NCBI GenBank assembly: GCA_963621825.1
Contig: CAVFFP010000004.1
Span: forward strand, 71,718-135,717
Origin: a bacterium
GTDB taxonomy: Bacteria > Bacillota_I > Bacilli_A > RFN20 > CAG-288
Direction of reading: 5' to 3'
DNA: 64,000 nucleotides
Part shown: piece by piece, positions 20,505 through 28,738 of the stretch
How the letters are laid out: every line of letters begins with the position of its first letter
How positions within the stretch are numbered: the first letter of the stretch is position 1
Program-made: the position numbers and the translations under genes
Notes under the pieces: generated by a model
Seen by the model: the letters and a program-made list of their open reading frames with translations, nothing else
Database searches by the model: none
What the model was told of the DNA's origin: nothing

Positions 20505-21590
20505 TTATCCGTTATAGATGGAAATATCGATATATTTTTCTTCGTCGCTGCTTCCGGCGTGAGTGGATTTCATATGTGGGACATCATAGGCTTGAAGGAA
20601 AGATGAACTATCCTTCGAAATAAGAAGGAAATCTCCTAATAAGGAACGGAATTCTGTGCATTCTTCTCCATATCCGAAGATGTGATTTTCAATCGTCTCT
20701 TCTTTGGAAAGAATATAGAAATGCTCCCCGTAGTGTTTTATAGCTGCTTGCTTGAACTGCTCTTCCATTCCCTCCTTAACATAAAAGAAGGCTGCTCTTG
20801 GTTCACAGGCAAAATGCTTGATTCTTAAAGCAGAATAGAAATCGTCATATTCATCGATCTTATAGTCTTTGATATTGAGATGACCGTGGTCTGCAATGAC
20901 GATGAATAGGGTATCTTTGTTTCTTTCGGAAAGTTCTTTGATGCCATCATCAAATTTCTGAATGATAGAAGCGACCTCATCACTTGAAACTCCGTATTTA
21001 TGGAGAGAGGAATCCGGTTCACAGCTATAAGCGTAGACAAAATCATTCTCCTTAAGACAGAGTTCTGTCTCCATAAGGAAAGTCTCTGGTTTCTGATCCT
21101 TCAATAAGAAAGATTGAATCTTAGAAGTACGGATTCCCTTTTCTTCCATCTTCGTGAAGATGGTCTCATAAGGTAACAGGGAATAAGTGGATTCCGGTGT
21201 TGTCTCAATCGGTTCCTGAGCGAAAGTGGATGCAAACATAGTGACCGCTCTTTCGTACTGTGGGAACTGTTCCGTCCAGCCTAACCAACCTGTCTCAGAC
21301 GGAAATAAATCTGTAATCAGAGCAGTAGTGGCAGCTACCGTTGTCGGTGGGAAGACAGATGTGATCTGAGTTAGATAATGGTCATTGATATCTTTGCATT
21401 CTTTATGATAGACGCTTCGGATATAACTTCCTAAGCCATCCAAAAGAACAAGGCAGATTTTCTTATCTGTTTTGTCTAACACTTCATCTAGTGCAGGTAA
21501 GGAAGGGTGATTTGGTTTTATCTTATAATGTCGAAGCAAGGAAGAGGAGAGATTGACAAGGCAATTGTTTTTATCAAATAGTTTTTTCAT
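20505..21590 (-). CDS. Alkaline-phosphatase-superfamily protein (type I phosphodiesterase / nucleotide pyrophosphatase-like)
   Basis: 361 aa. LVLLDGLGSY metal-ligand region and ADHGH motif typical of the AP superfamily. Confidence 0.55.
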   Translation of the reverse strand: MKKLFDKNNCLVNLSSSLLRHYKIKPNHPSLPALDEVLDKTDKKICLVLLDGLGSYIRSVYHKECKDINDHYLTQITSVFPPTTVAATTALITDLFPSETGWLGWTEQFPQYERAVTMFASTFAQEPIETTPESTYSLLPYETIFTKMEEKGIRTSKIQSFLLKDQKPETFLMETELCLKENDFVYAYSCEPDSSLHKYGVSSDEVASIIQKFDDGIKELSERNKDTLFIVIADHGHLNIKDYKIDEYDDFYSALRIKHFACEPRAAFFYVKEGMEEQFKQAAIKHYGEHFYILSKEETIENHIFGYGEECTEFRSLLGDFLLISKDSSSFLQAYDVPHMKSTHAGSSDEEKYIDISIYNG

Positions 21591-21616
21591 GAGGATATCT
21601 TAGCCTATCTTCAAAG

Positions 21617-21668
21617 AAGAAAGCAAGAAAGAAAAAGCATATGCCACAGATTATGACATATGCTTTTA
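21617..21668 (-). terminator. Rho-independent terminator ending the CooC/Hgd-like operon
   Basis: Stem aagcatatg / catatgctt with a 13-nt loop, followed on the minus strand by a T-rich run. Confidence 0.5.
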
Positions 21669-21669
21669 T

Positions 21670-22377
21670 TCATTGATTTGCTTTATGAATCGCTCTCATA
21701 CCTTCGATTTCATCGCAGATATCGCGGAAGGAACAGGTTCTGCAGTCCATCTTCAGCTTCTTCATGATGTGATCTAAGGTGACTGTGATTCTTTCGCTCT
21801 CCTTGGAGAGTTCAAGAAGCTTGTTGTGCGGGAAATTAGGAGCAGTGATGAAGACCTGACGGACATAGCGGACATGAGCTTCCTTCTTGAACTGCTTGAG
21901 GAAGGACATTCCGATATCCTTGAAAGAGAGACCATCCTTAATCGCATCATCGGATACACAGGCACCTTCTCTTAGAAGATTGGTGTTCACCTTCAGCATA
22001 TAGCCTTCTGGATTGACTTTATAGCGTCTGTATTCAATGTTGCGGAAGATACGGTAATACTCCTGATCCTTAACATCATTCTCATTGTCGATTTCAAAGA
22101 GATAGATGTGGGAGAAAGGAACATCTCCTTTTAAGTCTTTCAGGTCATTGCCGATCAAGGCGATGGAATCCTTGCCTAAAGCGTTAGTCTGACTTGTGTA
22201 TCCGTAGAAATAGGATGACGGAAGAGAAGAATCACCTAAATGAATCCTGCAGTCCTCAGAAAAGAGGAATACTTTGCTCTCGCTTTCCTTCCAAGAAGAT
22301 TCAAGAGGAAGTTCTTTCGTTTCGAAAGGAGAAGTAAGAGAGAGGACATCATCGATGCATTTCTGATAGAGTTCCAT
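21670..22377 (-). CDS. Hypothetical 235-aa protein, last gene of the CooC/Hgd-like operon
   Basis: I recognise no family. C-terminal CRTCSFRDIC. Its start lies 2 nt after the stop of the upstream small ORF. Confidence 0.5.
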   Translation of the reverse strand: MELYQKCIDDVLSLTSPFETKELPLESSWKESESKVFLFSEDCRIHLGDSSLPSSYFYGYTSQTNALGKDSIALIGNDLKDLKGDVPFSHIYLFEIDNENDVKDQEYYRIFRNIEYRRYKVNPEGYMLKVNTNLLREGACVSDDAIKDGLSFKDIGMSFLKQFKKEAHVRYVRQVFITAPNFPHNKLLELSKESERITVTLDHIMKKLKMDCRTCSFRDICDEIEGMRAIHKANQ

Positions 22378-22378
22378 A

Positions 22379-22558
22379 TTACTCTAAATGGCGGTTTCTC
22401 TTTCTCTTATCGTATTTCTTATTGATCCACTTTTGAATCGGAACGAGCATTTTGCTGTCGAGGTTGAAGAAATAGACGACGAAGAGAAGAAGGAAGACTA
22501 AAAGGATGAAGCCGAGAATGGAGCCTAATACAATCAGTAAAATTACCCACCAAGCCAT
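22379..22558 (-). CDS. Putative small membrane protein (59 aa), not in the ORF track (below length cutoff)
   Basis: Translation MAWWVILLIVLGSILGFILLVFLLLFVVYFFNLDSKMLVPIQKWINKKYDKREKPPFRV has one strongly hydrophobic TM helix plus a basic tail. It exactly fills the gap between the activase stop and the start of the next gene (TAA-T-ATG). Confidence 0.35.
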   Translation of the reverse strand: MAWWVILLIVLGSILGFILLVFLLLFVVYFFNLDSKMLVPIQKWINKKYDKRKRNRHLE

Positions 22559-22559
22559 A

Positions 22560-23357
22560 TTAGTTTGCCATGCCTTTCTGTCTAGCGTATTCGGCAGCGC
22601 CTAAAGCACCCATGAGCTGAGGATCGATAGGAAGATCTTTCACCTTGATGTGAAGGACCTGTTCGATTGCCTTCTTCAAACCGAGGTTCTTAGCGCAGCC
22701 ACCAGTCAAAGCGATGGAGTCGGTAGCACCGGCTTTCTTAGCCATGACGAAGCAGCGCTTTGCAACGGAAGCCATGATGCCAGCGGCAATCTCTTCCATC
22801 GGTTTGCCTTCTCCGACAAGGGAGATGACTTCCGATTCACAGAAGACGGTGCACTGTGAGGTGATCGGAATGACGTTCTTTGCGGTCAAAGACAACGAAC
22901 AGAAGTCATCGAGATCCATCTCGAAGCTTCTGGCCATAGCCTCGAAGAAACGACCAGTACCGGCAGAGCATTTGTCGTTCATGGCAAAGTTCATGACGGT
23001 GCCATCCTTAGGATCGATGGCGATGCCTTTGACGTCCTGACCGCCGATATCGATGATGCTGGTGATTGTAGGATCAGAGACATGGACACCCATAGCGTGG
23101 CAGGAGATTTCGGAGATGTTTTCATCAGCGAAAGGAACCTTGTTTCTTCCGTATCCGGTACCGATGAGGTAGGTGAGGTCTTCAATCTTGTTGATGCCAT
23201 CGACCTGAGCGATGGTTTCTTCAAGAGCAATTCTTGCACTTTCGACAGGATTGATTTTGGACTTTAAGGTCTTGTTGGCGACCATTTTTCCATTTTCATC
23301 TAAGATAACGCATTTTGTATAGGTTGAACCTGCGTCGCATCCACCAAAATATTTCAT
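22560..23357 (-). CDS. HgdC/HadI-type ATP-dependent [4Fe-4S] activase of 2-hydroxyacyl-CoA dehydratase (BadF/BadG/BcrA/BcrD ATPase family)
   Basis: 265 aa. Near-colinear similarity to HgdC: DAGSTYTKCVIL, CHAMG, IIDIGGQDVK, NDKCSAGTGRF, LTGGCAKN. AAAGGAG RBS upstream. Confidence 0.9.
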   Translation of the reverse strand: MKYFGGCDAGSTYTKCVILDENGKMVANKTLKSKINPVESARIALEETIAQVDGINKIEDLTYLIGTGYGRNKVPFADENISEISCHAMGVHVSDPTITSIIDIGGQDVKGIAIDPKDGTVMNFAMNDKCSAGTGRFFEAMARSFEMDLDDFCSLSLTAKNVIPITSQCTVFCESEVISLVGEGKPMEEIAAGIMASVAKRCFVMAKKAGATDSIALTGGCAKNLGLKKAIEQVLHIKVKDLPIDPQLMGALGAAEYARQKGMAN

Positions 23358-23371
23358 GTTGTTTTACTCCT

Positions 23372-24919
23372 TTACCAACGATTGACATCGTCCATATCGA
23401 CTAAGGATTCATCGAGAGGTGTTTCACGAAGAACCGTCTTCATGTAACGGTTGACATCTTCTCTCATATCTTTTCTCGTGGCCTTTGTCGGATTCATCAA
23501 GGCGTGATAGACCCAAACGATATGGATGCCTCTCTTTCTGCCTTCCTCTTCCAACAAGCCGTGATAGCCAGCCATGGATTTGCATCCGATGTGTTCATAC
23601 ATGATGACCATGTCGGCTTTGTATTCTTCACAATACTGCCAGAGCTGTTCGACACCGACTTCATAACCGCCATTGGAGTGGTTACGCATAATCATATTCA
23701 TATTGTATTCGCCTAAGTCGAGAAGTGCCTGGTCATGGTCTTCGTAGTTGATCGGCTTGGTGAGAGTGAAGGAGAGCATGTCGCAAAGACAAACGATACC
23801 CCAGCAGTTGGAAAGCCACTGGTTGAAGGCGGTATAGTACTGAGCGTGAACACCCCAGACAAGAGCGCGGTGACGGATTTCCTTGATCGGGAGATGCTTT
23901 TCCTTGTAGGCTTTCTTTGCAATGTCCGTGATCTGCTGATCAAGCTTTAAGAAGGACGGATCTCTTCCAGAGATGACCATGTATTCGGCATCGCGGTAGA
24001 GCATGATGTTGTTGTTGACGACCTGCGGGTATTCGGTCTTGTTCATTTCCATCCACTCTTCGAAGAGTTTGTTCTGGGCATTGTATGTCTTCATGTTCTT
24101 AGCGAAGGCATCCCAATCCCATTTTTCACCGGTATGCTTTTCAATGAATTTGATGGCTTCGACAATCTGATCTCTGGAATAGGCTAAGACGGATTTCTGC
24201 TGATGACGCATCGGAGCGGCCATGGTGAAGGAGGGAAGATCATCGTGTCTGTCTTCAATCTGGTTACCCATCAAAGAGCCGTCGCAAGTTGTGTTGCAGT
24301 GAACGGCACAGACACCGCAGATCGGATAATCCTCATCGATGGCACAGCCTAATTCTGCACAAGGCATCGGGCAGACATCGGAAGGAATCTGGAACTCTTC
24401 AGCGACTTCGATGTAGTGAAGGACACCGTCCTGAGCAATGGTGCTTCCGGTGTAGATAGCAGGAACTTCCTTTGAGAGGAACTTCAGGTTCGGGAAGCCG
24501 GTCGCAATGACCATCATTCCGTTTTCATCCATGATGACGAGCTTCTTATTCAGTTCATCATATTTTCCCTTTTTGTTTCCGATTCTCTTATCACATTTGA
24601 ATAAGGTGTCCATTGTCTGAGTTAGATGTTCGACAATGGAGTCGTATTGGATGTGTCCAATTCTAAGCTGCGGACCTCTTACACCTTCTAAGTGTCTATC
24701 GATATAGTCGAAGGCGGCAAGATAGTTGCCGAACCAACGGTAAGTGAACATCGCCTTGAGAGTCGTTGGCTTCATGATGAATTTTCCCATGACCATGAGG
24801 TTCTTCAGCCAACGGGAGAAATCATACATTGTATCTTTGAAACCACGCCATTCACGATGGGTCGCTGTCTTCTTGCCAGGCTTATTGGTGCTGCCTAGTC
24901 CTTTTTTCTTCTTATCCAT
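23372..24919 (-). CDS. 2-hydroxyacyl-CoA dehydratase / benzoyl-CoA reductase family subunit (HgdA-like, 515 aa) with a Cys-dense motif
   Basis: HgdA/HadB-like length and composition. Motif CPMPCAELGCAIDEDYPICGVCAVHCNTTCDG has 7 Cys in 31 residues. AAGGAGG RBS upstream. Confidence 0.75.
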   Translation of the reverse strand: MDKKKKGLGSTNKPGKKTATHREWRGFKDTMYDFSRWLKNLMVMGKFIMKPTTLKAMFTYRWFGNYLAAFDYIDRHLEGVRGPQLRIGHIQYDSIVEHLTQTMDTLFKCDKRIGNKKGKYDELNKKLVIMDENGMMVIATGFPNLKFLSKEVPAIYTGSTIAQDGVLHYIEVAEEFQIPSDVCPMPCAELGCAIDEDYPICGVCAVHCNTTCDGSLMGNQIEDRHDDLPSFTMAAPMRHQQKSVLAYSRDQIVEAIKFIEKHTGEKWDWDAFAKNMKTYNAQNKLFEEWMEMNKTEYPQVVNNNIMLYRDAEYMVISGRDPSFLKLDQQITDIAKKAYKEKHLPIKEIRHRALVWGVHAQYYTAFNQWLSNCWGIVCLCDMLSFTLTKPINYEDHDQALLDLGEYNMNMIMRNHSNGGYEVGVEQLWQYCEEYKADMVIMYEHIGCKSMAGYHGLLEEEGRKRGIHIVWVYHALMNPTKATRKDMREDVNRYMKTVLRETPLDESLVDMDDVNRW

Positions 24920-24921
24920 GG

Positions 24922-26118
24922 TTACTTGGCCTCCTTGTCTTTCTGAATCTTCTTGATTTCAAGCGCTTCGATGAAGGCCTGGATTCTTGTTCTCAACTGA
25001 CCGGACTGACCGACGTTGTATGGGCGGTCGATGGAAAGAGTCTGATAACCATATTCATTCTGCATGACAGCGTTCATGAAGGCTCTTCCATATCCCCAAT
25101 AATCACAGAATTTGATCTGTTCGATGATAATGCCGTCGACATGATATTCTTTGCCAATCTTATCGACATAGGCGTGTCTTTCGTTGACTTTCTCCGTTGT
25201 GAGGAAACGAGGGCACTGTCCGCTTTCCATATAATAGCGGCAGACCTGAGTAAGAGCATCTTCCTCATCGTTGAGGATGATTTCCTGTCTTCCCGGAAGG
25301 GAGCCAAAGCAATATCTGTCAGCGACGACGACAAGTCCGCAGTCCTCTGCCAATTTGATCAGCTGCGGATCATCGATTTCACTGCCGACCATAGCGACAC
25401 GGCAACGATAGGTACCCTTCTTGTCCGGGACACGGTTTCTGACCTCTTCCAAAGTCTCCGTGAGTTTCTCGATGAGTTTATCCTTCGGGCAGCAGTATGT
25501 CGCTAAGCAAAGGACAGCAAACTCATAACCGGTGATTCTAGGGCATTCTTCTTTTCTGAAGTCGCCGATTTCGGTGATGAGCTTGGAAATCTTATTTTGC
25601 TCTTCGACAGCTTTTCTGATGGCTGCATCACTGATATCGATATTGTAGTGTTCGTTAAGAGGCTTTAAGACGTGTTCCTGCATCTGAAGGATATAGTGCT
25701 TCAATGTGACGTCATCTGATTTCATCGGAACATCGACATAGGAAGCGAAGAATCCTTCCTTCGGGCAGCAATCGAGATGCTCGATGTTTTCGACACATCG
25801 GTTCATCATTGCACATGCTTCCGGTGCGATGATGCCATCAAGGAAACGGAATCCGCCTTCTAGTGCTCTCTCTAAGATGGCACGACAGGCTTCACAGAAA
25901 ATAGGGGAAAGATAATAGTTTCCCATTTCCGTAGAACCTGTTCTTGGAGCACGAAGTCTTACAGAGAAGATGCCAGGGAGGTTAAGAAGAGGTTCCGGAA
26001 TCTGATAGCAGACATGTCCGATTGCCTTTCTTCCTTCGTTCTGTGCTTCTTCGATGAGATCGTTGTTGGAATTCTCTAACAGCTTTTCAAAATAGTATAG
26101 GTGCTTCAGGTCTCTCAT
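24922..26118 (-). CDS. 2-hydroxyacyl-CoA dehydratase / benzoyl-CoA reductase family subunit (HgdB-like)
   Basis: About 398 aa from the ATG at 26118 (AAAGGAGAG RBS). The ORF-track start at 26133 is GTG. Multiple conserved Cys, including CxxC. Confidence 0.7.
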   Translation of the reverse strand: MRDLKHLYYFEKLLENSNNDLIEEAQNEGRKAIGHVCYQIPEPLLNLPGIFSVRLRAPRTGSTEMGNYYLSPIFCEACRAILERALEGGFRFLDGIIAPEACAMMNRCVENIEHLDCCPKEGFFASYVDVPMKSDDVTLKHYILQMQEHVLKPLNEHYNIDISDAAIRKAVEEQNKISKLITEIGDFRKEECPRITGYEFAVLCLATYCCPKDKLIEKLTETLEEVRNRVPDKKGTYRCRVAMVGSEIDDPQLIKLAEDCGLVVVADRYCFGSLPGRQEIILNDEEDALTQVCRYYMESGQCPRFLTTEKVNERHAYVDKIGKEYHVDGIIIEQIKFCDYWGYGRAFMNAVMQNEYGYQTLSIDRPYNVGQSGQLRTRIQAFIEALEIKKIQKDKEAK

Positions 26119-26129
26119 ATGCTCTCCTT

Positions 26130-26891
26130 TCACTCTTGAAGTATATGAATTTTAGTTAATGCTTCTTTGGTACCCTTGACGATGCTGCTGTCCTTAGGAA
26201 GATAGAAGACATTCTCACCTTCCATATCATAACGGGCAAGTTCATCATCAGAAGGAATCTTGGACAATACCTTCATATTGTCAAAGTGATAATCCTCTTC
26301 CATAGCCTGTGAGGAGAGGCGGTTTAAGATGACACCAATCTCTTCATACATGACAAGGTCATCGGCAACAGTCTTGATGGTCTTGATGACCTGCTGACCC
26401 TTTTTGGACTGATCACTGATCAAAAGGAGATGGGTAACCTTTTCCATGACTCTTCTGTTAATCTGCTCAATGCCGGCTTCTCCGTCGATGACGACAAAAT
26501 CATAATGGGAAGAGATAGAAGAGATGACATCCTTGAGATAAGTGTTGATTTTGCAGTAGCATCCGCTTGCCTCCGGTCTGCCGATGGCAATAAAGGTAAA
26601 ACCGTTGGAATGAACCATAGCCTCTTCGATGGAATAGCTTGCGTTTCCTAAAACTTCAACAACGGCATTTTTGCCCTGTTCGCTTGCAGCGATGGCCTCT
26701 TTTCTTACATCATCGATTGTCTTATCGTATTCGATTCCAAGTGCGGTGGATAAACCGACTGCGGGATCTGCGTCAATAGCCAAAATCTTCTTGTCCGGAT
26801 AATTGTCGACCAAAAGTCTGACAATGCACGCGGCGATGGAAGTCTTTCCGACTCCACCTTTTCCAGCAACTGCAATAATAGATGTTTTCAT
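26130..26891 (-). CDS. CooC-type MinD/ParA-superfamily ATPase (metallocentre insertase-like)
   Basis: Deviant Walker A AVAGKGGVGKTS at the N-terminus of the 254-aa form starting at 26891 (AAAGGA RBS). CxC motif GCYC, as in CooC/AcsF Ni-insertases. The ORF-track start at 26981 is probably an upstream extension. Confidence 0.65.
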   Translation of the reverse strand: MKTSIIAVAGKGGVGKTSIAACIVRLLVDNYPDKKILAIDADPAVGLSTALGIEYDKTIDDVRKEAIAASEQGKNAVVEVLGNASYSIEEAMVHSNGFTFIAIGRPEASGCYCKINTYLKDVISSISSHYDFVVIDGEAGIEQINRRVMEKVTHLLLISDQSKKGQQVIKTIKTVADDLVMYEEIGVILNRLSSQAMEEDYHFDNMKVLSKIPSDDELARYDMEGENVFYLPKDSSIVKGTKEALTKIHILQE

Positions 26892-27029
26892 CGCGAATAC
26901 AGTCCTTTCAATTTGAGTATAAGAATATGATACAAAAAGGGCTTTCAATTTGAAAGAGGTTTCACGAAAAATTTTGCGCATTTGTGCAATAAAATGTTCA
27001 AAATTTTATATTTGAATCTTTTTATTTCC

Positions 27030-27060
27030 ATGAAAAAAGGAGCCAAATGGGCTCCTTTGA
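27030..27060 (-). terminator. Rho-independent terminator after the dipeptidase gene
   Basis: 9-bp stem aaaggagcc / ggctccttt with a 5-nt loop. On the minus strand a T6 run follows. Confidence 0.6.
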
Positions 27061-27062
27061 TC

Positions 27063-28535
27063 TTAATTATCCGATCTGGAGTAGCTGTTTTTCATGTGAC
27101 AGCTAGCTTCATAAAGGATTTTGCTTAAGGCACTATCTGTCTTTTCCTTAGCCATATCGGCAATCTTCTGATTGTATTCGTCAATCAGAACATGGATATC
27201 CTTACTCTCATCCTTCTCAATCTCATTGATGAGCTGATGGGAGGAAGAACTTACTGCATTCTGATATCTTTCCACAAAGATGGAACAGGTGTTATAGTGA
27301 CTATCTACCAAAGCGGAGATAAGGCGGCTAGCCCAATAGAAGTTGTCTGTAGATACATTCAGTGTTGTGTTGGAATAGTAGGAAGGTACCTTTCTTGTTC
27401 TCGGGAAGAAAGGAACAAGCGCATTGAAGGCGTTGCTAGCAAAGCAGAACCATTCAATCGGTCTTAATTCTTCTTTTCCATACGGTCTTATCTGAATGAT
27501 GGCAAGGAAGGAAGTTCTGCTGATACCGATAGGACGATAGGCACCTTTGTCCTCCTTGTTTCCGAATCTCTTATAGGGATCATATGGTGTTCCCTGATAG
27601 TGAGAGGAGAGGACGTATTTGACATCTTCGATCGTGATCTTTCTTTCCGGCATTCTAGACCAGGGGATATCATCGCTTTCCGGTGTATAGTCAGCATCGA
27701 TTCCATCCCATTTGTTACTTCTTGGGTTGAAATATCTTTCCATGAACCAGGCGCGCGGTGTGTTATAGACATGGTCAGAATCATCATGGCTTCCAAAGGC
27801 AAGACGGGGATTGAATTCATGGCCTTCTAAATCTAATGCCAAATGATTATCGTTGATGAATTCTAGAAGGTCACTGCTACAGAGGTTATCCTTCTTTTCA
27901 TTGAATGCGTCATCAAAATCGAAGTTATCCAAACCGAACTGGTTGGGCATGACGACATAGCTGTCATCCGGTACTCTTTTTGCAATCCAGTGATGTCCGC
28001 CGATCGTCTCAAGCCACCAGATTTCATTCTCGTCGTTAAAGGCGATGCCGTTAGATTCATACGTTCCGTACTTTTCTAACAATTCTCCTAAACGTAAGAC
28101 GCCCTCTTTTGCGGAATGGATATAAGGCAAGACTAAAAATACCAGGTCTTCTTCTCCGATTCCACCGACTTTTTCTTCCTGTCCTTTCTTTTTCGGGACA
28201 TAGTTGACCAAGGGGTCGGCACCTAAGACGCGGGCGTTGGAAGTGATAGTCTCTGTTGCTGTCATTCCGACATTCTTTTCATTGACACCACAGGCAGCCC
28301 ATAAGCCTTCCTTCTTGTCGACATTGGGCATCATGGAAAAGTCGAGCGCTTCCTTAGGAAGCTCTACTTTCACATGGGAAAGGACGGAGGTATAGGTATC
28401 CTTCATGTCTTCTTTTTTAAAGACGACTAATTTCTTTTCTGTGAAGACTCCGCTCGGGGAATCATCGTTTCTTCCAATGATGGTGGAACCATCATAGCTT
28501 GCTTTTTTACCGACTAATAATGTTGTACAGGGCAT
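27063..28535 (-). CDS. Peptidase family C69 dipeptidase
   Basis: 490 aa. N-terminal MPCTTLLVGKKASYDGSTIIGRNDDS, typical of C69 dipeptidases with an N-terminal Cys nucleophile. AAGGAGA RBS upstream. Confidence 0.8.
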   Translation of the reverse strand: MPCTTLLVGKKASYDGSTIIGRNDDSPSGVFTEKKLVVFKKEDMKDTYTSVLSHVKVELPKEALDFSMMPNVDKKEGLWAACGVNEKNVGMTATETITSNARVLGADPLVNYVPKKKGQEEKVGGIGEEDLVFLVLPYIHSAKEGVLRLGELLEKYGTYESNGIAFNDENEIWWLETIGGHHWIAKRVPDDSYVVMPNQFGLDNFDFDDAFNEKKDNLCSSDLLEFINDNHLALDLEGHEFNPRLAFGSHDDSDHVYNTPRAWFMERYFNPRSNKWDGIDADYTPESDDIPWSRMPERKITIEDVKYVLSSHYQGTPYDPYKRFGNKEDKGAYRPIGISRTSFLAIIQIRPYGKEELRPIEWFCFASNAFNALVPFFPRTRKVPSYYSNTTLNVSTDNFYWASRLISALVDSHYNTCSIFVERYQNAVSSSSHQLINEIEKDESKDIHVLIDEYNQKIADMAKEKTDSALSKILYEASCHMKNSYSRSDN

Positions 28536-28738
28536 AATTGTCTCCTTAGTAAATGATCGGTATCCATTTTAAATGTTTTCTCGTTTTATATCTATGTATT
28601 TGATAAATCAAATAAAAGTAGAACAGCAAAAGCGCTTTTTCATAAAAGTTTTTTAATGAAATGAGAGAAAACACTTGAAGTGATGTTGAAAATATTATAT
28701 ACAATACAAGTTTTAAGGTTCAATTAAGGAGAATGTAT

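Noticed and set aside
26892-26981. 30-codon N-terminal extension of the CooC-like ORF
   Set aside because: The Walker A motif should be within the first 15 or so residues in this family. The internal ATG at 26891 has an AAAGGA RBS. The extension sequence is not hydrophilic-conserved-looking.
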